From: Chrysomallon squamiferum | Lineage: Eukaryota > Animalia > Mollusca | DNA length: 64,000 bases | Reading direction: 5' to 3' | Assembly: GCA_012295275.1 (NCBI GenBank) | Contig: CM022677.1 | Span: 12,152,001-12,216,000 of the forward strand | In this document: in pieces, positions 13,100 through 27,051 of the stretch | Numbering within the stretch: position 1 is the first letter of the stretch | Layout: the number at the start of each line of letters is the position of its first letter | Notes under the pieces: generated by a model | What the model was told of the DNA's origin: nothing | The model's input: the letters and a program-made list of their open reading frames with translations, nothing else | Databases searched by the model: none | Translations under genes and position numbers: made by a program

Positions 13100-15534
13100 A
13101 AAATGAATGATTCAAAAGTTCCTTGCTTCCAAAGAAATGTTTATTTTTTCATTGTAAATTTCATGATAGCAAGCACGTGCTTCATTTGAAATTCATATCT
13201 TGGGCCTCAAAAATCTTGATTGCTTTTTTAATGTCCAAACACCTCACTGAGCCCTTTGAGATAAACAGGATTTTCCTCTGTTTTATGTTCTTCTTCAGCT
13301 TTTTCATGATGTTCTTTCATTTCAATGAGATCTTCATTTGTGAGCTCTTGGTCCTGTGCTTGAAACAGATCATTTATGTCATTAGTAGAAACATCAGGCT
13401 GCAATTTATTAGCGATACTAATGATCGTTTCCATTTCATTTTGACCAGTATCTACTGACTCTTCAAATCCATGAACATTCTAAGTAAACTGAGGGCACAG
13501 TTTGTGCCAAACTCCTTTCATAGTTTTCTCTGTATCTTTGTTCCATGCTCGTTTTATTTTGTTTTACTGCATCTAGAACACTGAATGATTTCCAGAATCT
13601 TTTTGTGTGGGCCCTCCCTTTTTTATCAATAGCAGTTGTTAAGGTATCAAATGTTTGCGAAAGATAATAGGCTTTAAATGCTGCTATGATGCCTTGGATT
13701 ATTGGTTGGAAAGGTGATGTTATATTTGGTGGCACAAATACTCATCTAACATTAGGATGCTGATGTTGTAGGAATGATGGATGACCAGGAGCGTTATTTT
13801 CAAGCAGTAGCATGTGGAATGAAAGATATTTGTCTTTACAATACTTTTTAACATCCGGTACAAAGTGATGCATAAACCAGTTTTCAAATAGTGAAGCAGT
13901 AACCCAAGCATTTTCATTTGCTTTCCATATGACTGGAAGTGTAACCTGTCCAGGCCTTGGAGTTTTGGGGTTTTGGGCAGGATGCACAAGCAGGAGTTTT
14001 AACTTACAGTCTCCAGCTGAATTACCTCCTATCTTTAGCTATATTAAAACCAGGCATTGATGACACTTCTTTTGCAATGTAGCTTCTTGCAGGCATTTGG
14101 TTCCAAAGTAGTCCAGTCTCATCCACATTACAAATGTGTGCTGGTGTGTAATTATGCTCTTCTGTGATTTCTTCTAAAAAAATCTGGGAACAATTTTGCT
14201 ATTTCAATATTAGCATTTGCAGCATCTCCTTGTATTTTTACATTATCATTATGCCAATCAGATTTATATATATATATATATATATAAAAGCAGCAGTTGC
14301 TTGCAATACATTTTTCTTCACTGCCACCTTCATATTTGTCTTTAAGAAATAGATACTGCTTTAGCACATATGACAGCTTGAGTCATAGGGATGTTTAATC
14401 TTTGTGCTAAGTCTAATAAATTTACTGGTTATGCTTTCATTTAAGACAGCATATTTTTGTTTCTAAAGTTCCCTTGTTCCGTTTCTTTTTATCATTAGCA
14501 TTCACCAATGTAATATCTATTTGTTTTGACATATTTGGTAAATTACAAAAACACTAAGCAGTGGTCTCCCCAGCATTTTTGAAAGGGACGGGGGGAATCG
14601 GCGTAACTGGTGCAAGTTAAACGAAGTGATGGTACAGAACAATGTTCAAATTATTTGTTTGTCAAAAATACTCCTATAAATAATTGCATCAAATGCATTA
14701 AGTGTTATTTTATTTGCAGTCAAATAAATCAAAGTCTGTTGCAAGCGAGTTTTCTTTGGTTGTTCTGTGAATTATATTCTTTACAAAATTATGTATATAT
14801 ATATAGTTTTGTAACCTTCTGTATATATTATGTATGCATGTGTGTTTGTGAAATGTGAGATCATTTTTATTGCTCTAAAATAAAAGATATTCGTGCAGTT
14901 TGATAATGAATATGAGAATGTGACGAGTTGGTGATGCGCTGTTAATAATAAATAATAATCTGTTTTTGAATTATTATACAGTTGCATGTTAAAAAACGTG
15001 TAGTGATCATGTGCAATAATTTAGCTCTGCAAAGCCTGCTGCAGTAGCCTTGATTACACAGCCATACAGTTAGCATTTCAGACAAATCGGATTGCGTCCC
15101 TTTGAAATACTAGAGGGGGTAATTTGTAAACATGACAGTCATTGCTTACATCTATTTTGTTTAAGAACAAGACAGGTGAACTGCTGACACCAAAGGTGTA
15201 AAACAATGGCATGACAGCCAGTCTAAATAAACGGGTGGTGGGTGTTGCTGCTGTTGCTGACGAATAGCAGGCGAACTCGTCATAAGCCATAAGTGATGCC
15301 AGCCTGCCATCTCTTACAGTATGTAGCGAGACCTGTGCTAAGTCTAAATGGAAGGAGAAGAGAAGAGAATCTGAACACCACATGCACATATGGTGTCTGC
15401 ATGCCAACTGATCAACACAGCTGAGGGAAACTTTAGTGCATGGCTGAATGAAAAATGAACAGACACATGCATTGTTAAAAAAAGATCATTAAAGTGGGAT
15501 ATCAGAATATGTTAAGCTAAGGGAGGTATTACTG
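13100..15534 (-). mobile_element. Degenerate Tigger/pogo DNA transposon
   Basis: TA|CAGTAATACCTC TIR on the minus strand at 15534. Fragments VDETGLLWNQMP, HPAQNP..LPVIWKANENAWVTASLFENWF..LLLENNAPGHP, PPNITSPFQPIIQGIIAAFKAYY and ELTNEDLIEM. Left end not located. Confidence 0.88.
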
Positions 15535-15812
15535 TAATATATTGTAATATGCACATACATACATAATAAAAATCACCACATGGGCAGAATATCTGTAATA
15601 AGCAAACCATGTATTTGATTATGCAACTGGTATACAATGACAACAATAACGAAAATATGAAAATAATATATTTTTTTTTAGTTTTTAACTTTAACTTTTT
15701 AACTTTTTTTTGATTTGTAAAAGACAGTGATTTGTGTGTAAATGATATAATCATTTTAAACAGCATTTAGTTCCACATAAATTTAGGTCAATCTCACAAT
15801 GCAGAAATTCAC

Positions 15813-15926
15813 TTTATATCAAGCTCCCCTATTCAGCGATAACCTTGGTGATATCATCAGACAACATAAATGCAATTTCTGCTGTGCATAGATTGCCTTG
15901 TAGAGATCACCCTTCTGCACACTCAT
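15813..15926 (-). pseudogene. Remnant 3' half of an Ig C2-like exon belonging to the inverted paralog
   Basis: Minus strand reads MSVQKGDLYKAI(fs)CTAEIAFMLSDDITKVIAE*..ELDI|gtgaat, which aligns with gene A TASREHDGQKVFCAAENNLMIDQSIPAV..ELHIQ|gtgatc. It lies upstream of the 11426 TM exon. Confidence 0.55.
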
Positions 15927-16611
15927 ACATATATATAAAATATATACTATTTCAAGTTAAAATAAATTATCTGTGGTGAACTTTAATTCATATTTTGGTA
16001 CAATATTTTGATAAACCACTTGTGATGATATAGAAAGGGCATATAAAGCTGCATAAACTCATGTAAGATTATGTCTTGTTACTCGACCAATTGCTAAAAA
16101 GTAATGGGTCATTCCATGAAAAATCAGCCAATTAGTGGAACATTATAAACCAACCAGTTCAGATTTTTATAAAAATTAGTACAAATATTTCCAAAATGAT
16201 CTCACTACAGGCAAAATACCTTTAAATTCCATTTCCTGCATAGCTTTTATGAGCAGCTGGAAAGGACCACCAGTGCTTAAAATGATTATAGGTATTAAAA
16301 TACCTTAATCAAGTTAATGTAAAAACTGGTTATCATTCAGTGCATGTTATTTATTTTTAATAACTTTTAGTTTGAACATTGTTCTTCTCTGTTCAGACTT
16401 CTACCATATCTAACATATGAAAAGGTTCAGAAATGAACAAATTATGAGAAATATTTCATTGCCGTTAATTCAGTTTGAGACAAGTTCTAAATAAAACTAC
16501 AATTAAATAGAAAAAAAGAAAAAAAAAGACTAAAGGTTTTGGGGCACATGGTTCAGTTCATCCTGACACTGTCTAGGACAAGCTGTGCTTGCCTCCTAGG
16601 CAAAAACCTGT

Positions 16612-16860
16612 GGGTTATTCTGTGTCAAATTACCCAATGGGTTAAACTGGACCATCTCAGATTTTTATGAGTCTTGGTATACTTGTTGATTGGGAAAAAT
16701 TTTAGTGGTTTGGGAGATACGGCTCACCAAATTTTGAGATTTTTGGCCACCAACCTTTGAACCCTCATATCTCAGGAACTGCTGGGCTAATCTTCATAAA
16801 ATTGGTATTTTTTGAAAAGGCAATATGACAAGGATTCCAAATCTGCCATTGTTGTTCAGT
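16612..16860. mobile_element. Partial copy of the GGGTCATTCC-terminated MITE family (another related end at 16107)
   Basis: gggttattctgtgtcaaattacccaatgggttaaactggaccatctcagatttt matches the left end of the 19845 element. Confidence 0.7.
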
Positions 16861-17016
16861 TTGAAGACTATTGCGGTATACTGACCTTATGACATTGTGG
16901 AGCATGTGACCTTGAGATGACCTTTCTTGAAATTTGATCTCCCACATGTTAACTAAAACATATAAAAGGTTTTTTTTATTTAGCCACATTATAGATTTTG
17001 TAAGATATTAAATAAT

Positions 17017-17047
<31 letters not shown>

Positions 17048-17435
17048 TTAAATAATGTTTGTGCTGTATTTTTTGCATACAGTGTCAACAACTATTCACT
17101 GATTTTCATTTTTACTAATGTTTGCAGCTTCAGGTTTTTCATAGGTCAAAATAATAAAAGAGAAAAGAAATAAACCACACCCCCAAAAAAAAAGTCGAAA
17201 ACCCCATCACAACAAACCTGAATATTTTCAAATATATATAAAAGAGAGGGGAAATAAATATAATTAACAGAAATATTTTTGATTATAAGTAAATGTTAGT
17301 ATTAGCAGTTTCTGTTCTAACATTGAAATAAAATTGTTTAACAATAATTGATTCAACAAAATAAAAAAACAAATGAATGGAAAACAAAACAAGAACAACA
17401 AACTGAAACAATTATATATTTTTTTTTTTTTGCAG

Positions 17436-17741
17436 GTTTGACGATATTAGCAGATGCAGCCAGTGGTGTTATCAGTCAAAGTTACACATTCCAGTGTTCT
17501 TCAACCGACACTATCACTTACCCTGTGTCATTTGTGAGGGACGGACATTCTGTGTGTTCAGTCCTGCCAAGCTGTGCTGAAGCCGGTGCTCTTCCTGGTT
17601 ACTCTTGTAAATGTGCTGGTGACACAGGAATTTCCAAATTCTTCAATATGACAATCAACAATGTCAGTCTTGTAGATGAAACTAGCTGGACATGCAACCA
17701 TGATAGAAGTATTAGCAAGCTAGTTTATTTCCAAGTTGACA
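17436..17741 (+). CDS. Gene A exon: Cys-rich V-like Ig domain
   Basis: Polypyrimidine tgcag| ... GAC A|gtaagt, 306 nt, phase 1-1. YTFQC..VSFVRDG..NMTINNVSLVDETSWTC; six Cys. No leader exon found upstream. Confidence 0.88.
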
Positions 17742-18499
17742 GTAAGTTATTTGTTTTTAATTTGATAAAGTAATAGATTTTATTTATTTTAAATTATATT
17801 CTTTGTTCCAGTTGTGTTTTTATATAATAATTATTCCATTAAAGAATTATGTGGTATGTATAACTGTAAAATTAGGAAAGAAAAAATAATTTTCTATTTT
17901 AATATCACAGTTTTATATTTTTATATATAAAATGTCAGCAGTGCTAATCATTATGGAGTTTTAATCTGATATATGAGATAGGCTATTTCTTAAGTTGGTG
18001 ATGTAGTTCCATATTGGCATATCTCTGTTTTACATTAGTGATGGTGACCATCTTGGATTTTGGGCTTAAAAATGTGTTACCTAAGATTTTTATTTACTTC
18101 TGAACCAAGCGAAGTCAAAATGATCACTCACTATCGCAATTTTGGCATCTGATTCCTATGGAACTGTGAAATTCATGCATGGTGGTCTAAATTATACAAA
18201 AAAGACAAGCGTAAATTTCTGGCCTGAAGTATGGAACTTTGCCCATTTGTTTCCTTATTCCGTAAAATATATTGTCAAGTTGAAATATGTGAAAACTTCA
18301 AGCATTTACTTACATCCTAGTTAAATGAAATGAATACAGAGTGTGTATGTTTGAGTGATAATCATATTTCTCTACACCTTTATATTTTGTGTTAAGAACC
18401 ATGTCCAGTTTGTATTAGGCATATTTGTTTTAAAATGTCATGTCAAAAATGAAGAATGATGGTAACAGCCTTTGCCTTTTCTTTCTTGTAATTTGAGTA

Positions 18500-20340
18500 A
18501 TGCTTACCTGTTGGAATAGACAGCTTAATTTTTCCTCCCATATTTTAGTTCAGTTCTTCAACTGATCTGTCAGTATAAACATGTCTGCAATGATCTTGAG
18601 AATAGGCACTGTCATCTATAGTTCTCTCTGTGTTTTCATCTGGTATATAGCCTTTTGAATATCTGGAAAGTACTCTCTTCCATGCATGAAATACAAAGTA
18701 CATGCAGACGTTTTTTTATCTTGTTGTTTATGAACTATGAATTTTTTCTTTTTTGTTTGTATCGTTCATGCCTGATGGATTTGTTGTTGTTTTGGCATTT
18801 TTTGGCTATGCTAGTGCATTTGATTACCTGTGATTCACAGCTCAGACTGCAGTCGAACATGATCCACAGAAAGTTGGCTCTTTATCTAGAGGTAATATTT
18901 CCTTCAGTTATGAAGCTGAGTTTTATTTCTTTGTTGGCCAAGCTAATGATATATGTAATTTTCATTTTATTTGAATATCCCAGCAATGTCTTTGAATTTT
19001 TCAGTTGTGTGCAGAGCTTCTCACATTTGCTGTTGTAACTCGTTCTTCTGAATATCATATAACCAGGTAGTCTGCATATATTGCTCCATAAATCCAAGTG
19101 GGGTATCCTTTAATCTATCATTATTATAAAATGTTCAAGAGAGTTGCTCCGAGAAGTCCATGTACAAATTTTTCTTTCTACATTCTTGGTCTTTTGAACA
19201 TGTACAATGTTAGCATCTTTAGATTCAATTCCTCATTCCAGTCTTTGTCAAAAGACTGCAAATGTAGGATATCTTCTTTTTTTTTTTCTCTCTCTCTCTC
19301 TCTTCTTTGAATCCACTCTTAATCTTGTCATATGGAGGGATCTGATCTTTAGTGGATCCTTTTTATCAGCTTTCCTACAGAGCGTTTTAAATTGATGGTG
19401 CTGAAGTGGTTTTAATTTATACTTTCCTATTTTGTGGATTCATATAGTGTTGATTTTCTCTCAGATTGTGCTACAGAGCTATTGACTCAGCTAGCACTGA
19501 AGATCTCTAAAAGAATGTTTTGGTATCTTTTCCCTGATACTAGAGCATTTCATTAGTGATATCCATTTGGGGTGGCAAATGTTTGCTTGGTCAAGGACTT
19601 TTCATTTAATAATTTCTGTTATATCATCATCTTCTTTTATCATAGACTTCTCTCTTTCAGTGTGATTGAATGTTTAGATAATTCATTCTTTCAAAGCTAT
19701 ATATAAGATGATTAGATGCTTTGTTGCCTGTAAGTAATTTCTGATTGTATTGAACAACAGCTGTTGCAGATACACAGGCTCAAAAACTTCTTTCCTTCTC
19801 TGTCCAGATTCAGTTTTGTCTTTCTTTTCTAGTTTCGACAAACAGTCATTCCGTGTCAAATCACCCAATGGGTTAAACCTGACCATCTCAGATTTTTAAA
19901 TGTGGTTTATTTGAAGATTGGCCCAGTAGTTCCTGGGAAATGATGGTTTAAAGGTTGATTATTTGCCCATTTTGGCCAAACAATCTAGAATTTTGGGGAC
20001 CATATCTCCCACACCACTGGTTCACTTGGTGTAAAATTTGTGGCTGTGGAATCCCAATCAACAAGTAATACCAAGTTTCATGAAAATCTGAGATTGTCAG
20101 GTTTAAAATATCTTTTCTGGGGGGTGATTTGACACGGAATGACCCAAACGCTGTTTTGGGCTTTGCAGTTATTGCCTTCAGTTGCATGTTGTTTTTGACT
20201 GTTGGTTCCAGTTCCACTATTTCTGTAGCTTCATATAAGAGACATCTAAAAACTGTAGGTCATCTGTCCAGTGAGGTGTACACTTTCTTCTGGCTCTTCT
20301 TCAGATGATTTCCTTTGCCATTTATTACCAAGAACATCTT
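18500..20340 (-). mobile_element. Highly degraded LINE (CR1/L2-like) remnant in a gene A intron
   Basis: Minus-strand scraps LPGYMIFRR (endonuclease-like) and RTIDD..QD (RT-like). The segment is absent from the homologous gene B intron. Confidence 0.4.
19845..20145. mobile_element. ~300-bp MITE
   Basis: TIR GTCATTCCGTGTCAAATCACCC / GGGTGATTTGACACGGAATGAC, plus inner inverted tctcagatttt / aaaatctgaga. Confidence 0.85.
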
Positions 20341-21935
20341 ACAAAATAAATGGTACCTATGTGATCTGTTAAACAATCATTATCACTAAGCACATAAATC
20401 ATTTCACACCATTGTTGATTTCACCAAAGATTTCTGTCAAATTTGCTTTGTTACTGGTATTATTATTATCTTTTTTTAAACAGTGGGTTTTAATATATTT
20501 GACCAATTATCATTGACACTGTGCTCTGATTTTACATAATGCACATATCAGTTTTGTGTGACAACCACATTGAAATAAGAATTACAATTGTATATGTTAC
20601 AGGAATTTAGATGGGATTTCAAAATTAAATCGGTTTTCAGACACAGGTTAGAGTAACTTAGTGATTAATACTGTTGACTCAGTTTTGATGGTAATGGCAT
20701 TTATCAACATTTGTGTCTGAACTGTTTAGTGTGTAAATATGAGGGGTGTTCACCTGGTTTTATTTCATCATAAATATACGAGTGTAAACAAGTGTTTGGT
20801 AATATTTGCAGTGCCACTTTTCATTTATTCAAATTGGAGTTACCCAATTGCATTGCAATATAGTTTACACTATCTGTAGATCCAGAATCCATATTCTAGC
20901 AATTTAGAGCAAGTTTTATCTGACAGCTATCTCATAAATATGCAAATCATATTGTTATATATTTCAAATTAATTTTGGACCTATAATGCTGTATCTTACC
21001 AATTTAAAACAGTTTAGTGTTAGGTAGATGGCATTGGAAAAAAAAGACAACTGGGAAAAGTCAGCTGAAAAAACAAAACAAAAACCAACCAACAAAAACA
21101 ATGACTGGAAATATGAAAAAAAAAGAACTGTGCCACATATTACAACCATTATAACACTTGAGACATATCTTATATAATAAAAGTTTTTACAATCTACATT
21201 TAATAGATATTGCCAGATATTTGTATTTTGTGTGTAAATCAAATATTTTTCATGGTGTAATGAAAATGAAAACCATTACAATAAAATCATATAAAATGTA
21301 TTAATAACTGATTTGTTAAAAAAATACAAGAAAGAAAACAACAAAAATTCATATTTTACACACAAAATTTATTTTAAATAAAATGACACTTGTTTAAACA
21401 AGAGGCTGATCATTGTAAATTAGGAGATTTAAAAAAAAATATATTCTGAATTTTACACTGGAAATGTCTTCAAGTGTTCATAAAAGAAATATGTTAAACT
21501 GAAGATCTAAAATTAATTCTAGAAAATGTGTATTTAATTAGTAATAAATAAACAAAAAAGAAAGCAAAAACAATAATTACATAAAAATCATGTTTAGAAG
21601 GCAACATCTGTACACTCAGAAATGTTTTAAAATTACAGAGGTAAAGGTTTCCTAGAATAATTGTATATCCCAAGTAGAACATTATAACAATATAACAATA
21701 TATATAATCTAGTACAATTTTTACTAAATTGTCTTAAACACTTCTTTTGCTGACTTTCTTATTTTCTGCAAAAATAACAAGTTGCCCATTTTTGTGACAT
21801 ATCTGCTTCATTGAAATAGGGATTCTTTATTTCATTATTATTTTTTTTATATATATATATTTTCATTTAAAATCTGATAAATTTTTTACACCATAAGGAA
21901 TAGTACAGTGAATTTTCTTTATCTTCATTTTCCAG

Positions 21936-22274
21936 CTCCAGTTAATTATACAATCACAGAAGTTTCTGGTTCAAGGCCAAACTCATTTAACATGACCGAG
22001 GGAGACTCTGCTGTTTTTACCTGTGTTGTACAGGGAGCCAAACCAGCACCAAATGAGACACAGATCTTGTGGTACGTAGACAGTAACAAGCTTCCTGTCA
22101 GCATCACTGGATCTCCCACTACTACTGACAGACTGACAACATTAAGTGTGACGTACACAGCCAGCAGAGAACATGATGGTCAGAAAGTTTTCTGTGCTGC
22201 TGAAAATAACTTGATGATTGACCAAAGTATCCCTGCTGTCAGCTCAAGTAACAAAATTGAACTACATATACAAA
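21936..22274 (+). CDS. Gene A exon: C2-like (CD80/nephrin-type) Ig domain
   Basis: tttccag| ... CAA A|gtgatc, 339 nt, phase 1-1. EGDSAVFTCVVQGAKPAP..ILWYVD..REHDGQKVFCAAEN. Confidence 0.9.
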
Positions 22275-22346
22275 GTGATCACCATTTTTTCTTTGTATTT
22301 TATTTCTTACCTTGTGTAAAATGAAGAAGTAGTTTCAAATGTAATA

Positions 22347-22415
<69 letters not shown>

Positions 22416-22976
22416 TATGGTTTTTAGTAACAAGTCTGAAAGTAACCAGCACCTAACAAATACTGTTTATTTGAAATGTATGATTTGTAACATTTTGATA
22501 TTAACGATGATTTAGATTTGTTGTACAGAATTGATTCGGTGTGTTAACTGTAAAATAGTGTGCATGTGCTTTAAGATTAATTAAATCTCACTGTAATGGA
22601 ACAAATATCAGGAATATTCTTCAGAGAATGATTTGTTGACCTATTCAGAAATTATTCAGGCAGCGAGATCTTGAAACATGACCAGATGAATAATTATGTC
22701 CCAGTCAGTAAGTTAATTTTGATACCAGAGTCTATTCTTACTGGCTTCATTGCAGAGTTTTATTTGGCTTTGAATAACATAAACAAATTAAAATATGGCA
22801 AATTAGAAACAGTTTGATCAAATTTAGTGACAGGTCTGGTATATTTTCATTTATTGACATAGAAAATGATAGATCATTTTGATAGGGACAGGAACATTTT
22901 TTATTTCAAGACTTTAATTTTTTAAATAAAACTGCAAGTGGTGGATGGACCAGTGAATTACATTTTTCCTTCTTAG

Positions 22977-23614
22977 CAGAAAAAAGAAATTCAACAAATG
23001 TTCCTACAACAACTCGAAACCTGGGATCAGGTTCTGGCTGTAATGTAGTTTGTATTATCCTCATTACAGTTATCAGTGTCACAGGTCTTTGTATAATCAT
23101 AACATGCTGTCTGATACCACTAAGAAACCAAAACACAAAGAAAAATGATAAAACTACAAATATTGAACTGAACAGTAAAATGAACACTGAAAAGTCTGAA
23201 ACAGGTTTCTGTTGATATCAAAGCAGAAGAAAAGTGTAACATTCAAGAGAACACAGACAAAACACATGACACTGAAGGTGTAGAAACTTCACAGTCTGTC
23301 AAAGATAGGATTGGTAATAATCTTCACACAATATGCCTGGTAACCATGGAAGTGATGAAGATAATGAAAGTTCTGAAGATTACTCATATAATCAGACAAA
23401 TGTAAAACCTGCAAATCAACCAGTCAGTAAAGATGTCTGTGAAGAACACACAAGATCTGAAGTTTGTCAACAGTCAGTCACTGATTCACTGAATAAAACT
23501 GAAGTGAGCAACAATACAGCAGAGAGCCAACATCCAACCAGACAGAATCACAATAATGTTGATCATCAGAAAACAAAACGTATTACTACTATTGATGTGA
23601 AAATCAAATTATAA
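22977..23614 (+). CDS. Gene A terminal exon TM1: stalk, TM and cytoplasmic tail (tail disrupted)
   Basis: tcttag|CA, phase 1: EKRNSTNVPTTTRNLGSGSGCNVVCIILITVISVTGLCIIITCCLIPLRNQ. A 2-bp deletion relative to B gives TGA at 23213-23215. After a further 1-bp deletion near 23320 the acidic ancestral tail resumes as ORF 23333-23614. Confidence 0.8.
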
Positions 23615-23917
23615 ACAAATGAAGCAGTTTCAAAGTTAATTTGTTTTTTATTCCAGACTTTTTATTTGCTTCAGCTCAGTACACTTAGCTACATTCTTCA
23701 TTATTTCAGATAATTTCTAGAAGCCAGCGATTGTATTGTGGATTCTGCTTAACTAATCAAGGAATAGCTTTATTTCTATCTTTTTTGCTAATTCTGATAT
23801 AAGCAAAATAAAAAAGCTTTTAAAAGAAGTTTATACAATGTTGACTGTTTTAGTTCCACTCTGAGTAATATGCTTATTAACATAGATAAAGTTACAGCTT
23901 AATGCTTGTCTTTCACA

Positions 23918-23952
<35 letters not shown>

Positions 23953-25488
23953 GAGATAAATGCAAGTCTGCTGCTTTATTATACTGTAAAACCTTTTATA
24001 AACACTTTTTAACAGTTTTGAATATAATGTTTGCAGTAAGAACTTCCATGACAGATTAAAATATATTAACTAAAATTGAGAAAAACCTTGAAACAAATTT
24101 ATTTTCTCTTTCATTCTTTCTTTTCTTCTTCACTAGATCATAGAGCATCACTATTACTGTTATATACCTGGTTTTTATATATGTAAAGTTTCACCAATAC
24201 ATATGTTGAGTATGTATGGTTTGAACCCAGAAATTACCAGTTGTTGGCCTGCTCTGACAGTGTGTTTTGTTGTGGAATGTCCTGTATGGATGTTTTAATG
24301 AGACAGACCAGAATGTTTACATTTGATCTGATTATATTTCTGATTTATTATCTGAAATTATAATTTATAAATTAAATATTAAGGGTACTTGTCTAGTTTT
24401 AGTAATCACTGTTTGCATCACCTTGTCCTTTGATATTATAGTAATAATAATTTTATTATTAATATTAATATTTATTGGATATTTTTCTTTTTCTTTTTTA
24501 AAATGTATTTTCTCCACTTCACTTGTTTTTACCATACTAAAGTTTAATTCATAAACATTATTTATTTTATTCATATTAATGTGTTTATATTAGAATCAAC
24601 ATGAACAGAAACAACACCATCAAGCAGTAAGTAACGTAATCACATTGTTAGCCCTAACCTTGTGCTAATCATTCATGTAACCTCAGTTCCCCTTCCACTG
24701 GTTTTAATAAAAAAAACTGAAATTTTATTTTGCAAAATCACTAATTAATTTTAATAAAAATAATTATTATAATTATAATATTTGTGTTGGTGATTAATAT
24801 AATTTGTCTGATAAAGTCCAGTTTGAAAATTTACATAATTTTTTATATTATTTTACTATTTAGCTATAAAACTGTGTTAATTATTATTATATTAATAGGT
24901 AATTGTATATGAATACATGAAGTGTATATATAGATTAGTTAAATAACTGTCACTTGGTTGGAGTCTTACATATTGTTACATCTCATCTCCTCCTTTACTC
25001 CTAAAATAAAAATAAAATATTTTTTATTACATTAAACTTATACTTTAAAATTAATAACTTCAAAATCTCCTTTTTAAATTAGCTTTATTTACAATAATAC
25101 AATTCAGTATTGCTAATCATTGGATGTGAGTAATTTTTAGCCATGCTTTCCCATCATACATGTGTTCAAGCATGCTTGTATTGGTCACTAATTGTATTTA
25201 TAATTAATGCTGTGGCATATTTAGCTGCTTGTTTCTAAGTTTCTGGCTGTTTTAAAATATTAAGATCATACAGTTTATCTTGCTGAATAAAAGTCTTTAC
25301 TCAGACCTCTGTTTAAAGTTCTATATCATGGCCAGTGTAGTTATGACTATACAAAATGTTTCCTATATACATGAAGTCCCTGTTAAATACAAAGCATGAA
25401 ACCCAGACTTTTTATTTTTTTTTTTTTTTTATTTTAAGATATTTACTCAAAATTACTTTGAAATGTCATTCTTAGATTTATGTTTTTG

Positions 25489-26568
25489 TTTGTATCTGTT
25501 AGAGGATGAGTCATTACAATATTTACATGGGTGAAACTTCATGTTAATTCATTCATTACAATAGCAGTTTAGGAAGCTGGTCATATTTGGTAACTACCAG
25601 ATTAGTATTCCTTTTTACTTATTTTTCTATTTATTGATAGTTTTCATATAGTTTAAAAATTGTGTTCATTTTTAAATGTTTTAATGTATTGTAAAATAAT
25701 TTACAACAGCAGAAACAAGACAGTCAGTCAGTAAGTGTTTGTATACATAGATACATGTGAGTAATCCTTCCTTTAACAAGCTTGTAATTATTTAAGTAAT
25801 AGATTGTATTTAGAATTGTTTTCTGTGACAATGTTTTATTCCATCTTCTGTTTCACACAAAACAGAGGCAAAACTGAAATCATGTAAGTATAAGGATCAC
25901 ATTAAATAGAATGATAATATAATTAAAAATAATCTTCAGTTCAGTTTTGAACTTTGATAATGATACTAAAACATCATCAAATAAATAGATGTAATAATTT
26001 TCTTTATTAAGTCAGCATTGACTGGTTTTGTTATATTATACATTTTACCCCATACTTTATTCCTGTTAATTTTTTTATTTTTTTTTTTTTTTTTTTTGTT
26101 AACTATTACTAACTGCAAATTGTGCCTGAGAATAATTAAGCTGGCTTGTAATGAGGGATGCAGATAACAACTGGACATCTATTTGACACGATATGGCCAT
26201 CAAAGGTCACATTTCATTATAGCAAAACAGAGGACAGAAAATGTACATAAACTAACAATACAATCAGCTAGACAAGAGCATTTTTAACTATCGTATCAGT
26301 CCAGTTATAACCACTGAAAATGATGCATCTAAAACTGTGTTACTGTCCTTGTTGTCTATTAATAACATTTGCAGTTATAACTCAGTTATAAGTTTTATAT
26401 TTGGTATTTGGAACATGATTAATGGTATTTACACAACGTTTAAGAATTTGTAGATTGGTAGTGTTACCAAATATGACCAGCTTCCTAAACTGCTATTGTA
26501 ATGAATGAATTAACATGAAGTTTCACCCATGTAAATATTGTAATGACTCATCCTCTAACAGATACAAA
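25489..26568. repeat. 106-bp inverted repeat pair (25489-25594 / 26463-26568)
   Basis: tttgtatctgttagaggatgag...catatttggtaac is the reverse complement of gttaccaaatatg...ctctaacagatacaaa; no mismatch seen by eye. Confidence 0.9.
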
Positions 26569-27051
26569 ATCTGTTGTGAATTATTATTACTTTTACTCTT
26601 AAAAAACACATCCAATTAAATTTAACAACTACAATATCTCACTTTCTAGCATAGAGAGAGAGAGATAGACACTTTTAAATATCTGTTAACAATAGACCAA
26701 TGTAAAGTTATAAAGTTATATAGAAAAACTATATAAAAAATTGTTCAAGATTTTTTATTTTTCAAGGAGCAGTGTAAAAGAATTGTTTGAAATTTAAATA
26801 GTGGAACTTTTAAAATTTTGTTTGATGTAAAGAATGTATTTTGATTTTCTCAGTTGCTGATTTTAAATCCTATATTAAGATATTTTAATCATTTTTCTTA
26901 TCAGCTTTTGTTGCACAAATAATGTTTTCATTTTAGATGTGTGACTTGTTTATGGAGTAAAGCTGATATTCACTTTCACTGTATAAACTGAAAACAGTTT
27001 AAAGCAGTATTACTACACAGTTAAATAACAAAAGTTTTTTATTTGTTCCAG

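Noticed and set aside
21946-22158. Antisense ORFs over Ig/TM exons (also 47013-47225, 22906-23187, 11222-11464, 48074-48271)
   Set aside because: Shadow frames of the true exons on the opposite strand.
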